Origin: a virus
Virus record (IMG/VR): IMGVR_UViG_3300045988_013492
Location: 1-5,821 of that record
Strand: one strand, 5' to 3'
DNA: 5,821 bases
Shown: positions 5,310 to 5,821 of the stretch, one piece after another
How the letters are laid out: each line of letters starts with the position of its first letter
How positions within the stretch are numbered: position 1 is the stretch's first letter
Position numbers and translations under genes: made by a program
Notes under the pieces: generated by a model
What the model saw: the letters and a program-made list of their open reading frames with translations, nothing else
Told to the model about the DNA's origin: nothing
Databases searched by the model: none

Positions 5310-5356
5310 TCTTAAATCAATAAAAGCCCAGTGCCTTACTTGATAGGTACTGGGCT
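5310..5356 (-). terminator. Rho-independent terminator downstream of Rep. The stem is AGCCCAGT / ACTGGGCT (5356..5349 with 5332..5325) with a 16-nt loop. On the coding strand it is followed by TTTATTGATTT.
   Basis: A perfect 8-bp inverted repeat, seen directly. A T-rich run follows immediately on the '-' strand, 13 nt after the Rep stop at 5369. Confidence 0.5.
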
Positions 5357-5368
5357 AGGTGACACTGA

Positions 5369-5821
5369 TTACAAAATACCACGTTTTTTCGTTTGTTTTT
5401 TGGTTACACGCTCTTTGGTCTCTAAGATGGTTTTATAGTCTTGACCCTCTAACTGTAATCTTTTTTGCCCCATTGCGTTTTTCTGTCGGTTTCGCTTGAT
5501 TCTCCATAGTCTTTCCGGGTTTTCTGCTTCCATCTGTTTTTCATAGTACCTTGGAATTTGTGCTTGTTTCCCGTTGGTACACTGAATGTAGCCTTGCTTC
5601 CAGATTTCTGCCTTGTGCTCTTGATAGTAGTGATCTCCGAGACCTGGTTTTAAACTCATGCATGCAAAAGGTTTTGTTTGCCCTAGTTCATAGTATTGAT
5701 TTGCTTTCTTGCCGTCTATTTCGTACATTTTTTTTGTTACATACCCTGCAACATATCTATATGTTTCTGGAACTGCTTGCGCAATCTGTATTTGACCCAT
5801 TCCCCACAGGTTTGCTAGCCA
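5369..5821 (-). CDS. Replication initiation protein VP4, 3' portion (C-terminal 119 aa, plus 31 codons duplicated from positions 3-95). The stop is at 5371..5369.
   Basis: Track ORF 5369..5800. It extends upstream in frame to the window end and is continuous with complement(1..662) once the 5726-nt circularity is applied. The 5726 offset preserves the reading frame. The C-terminus is basic (KRNRQKNAMGQKR...KKQTKKRGIL). Confidence 0.9.
   Translation of the reverse strand, partial: WLANLWGMGQIQIAQAVPETYRYVAGYVTKKMYEIDGKKANQYYELGQTKPFACMSLKPGLGDHYYQEHKAEIWKQGYIQCTNGKQAQIPRYYEKQMEAENPERLWRIKRNRQKNAMGQKRLQLEGQDYKTILETKERVTKKQTKKRGIL

Overview
The window is a complete circular ssDNA microvirus genome (Microviridae, Gokushovirinae-like) that has been linearised with a 95-nt terminal redundancy. 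Positions 1-95 are identical to 5727-5821, so the unit genome is 5,726 nt. Every convincing gene is on the '-' strand of the window, which matches the mRNA-sense viral strand of Microviridae. Gene order on the coding strand is a peptidase M15 putative lysin (4815..4432), three small ORFs of 34, 81 and 80 aa, VP3 internal scaffold (3741..3340), VP1 major capsid (3353..1620), VP2 minor capsid/pilot (1543..659) and VP4 rolling-circle Rep (662..1, continuing at 5726..5369). Nearly every gene has an AAGGAG Shine-Dalgarno 6-9 nt upstream, and several starts and stops overlap (ATGA, ATGAATAA). One 466-nt non-coding region (4903..5368), about 8% of the genome, holds most of the interest: a sigma70-like promoter for the peptidase gene, ten head-to-tail copies of a TTTTC(A/C)ACA 9-mer (two are exact DnaA-box consensus matches) around a perfect 15-nt dyad, a (TAC)5 microsatellite, a 41-nt GC-rich perfectly alternating purine/pyrimidine tract that folds into a 19-bp hairpin in which all five non-Watson-Crick positions are G.T wobbles, and a hairpin + T-run terminator after Rep. 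A GC hairpin also sits between the Shine-Dalgarno and the ATG of VP2. I found no tRNA, CRISPR array or transposon signatures. The '+'-strand ORFs in the supplied track are antisense artefacts.
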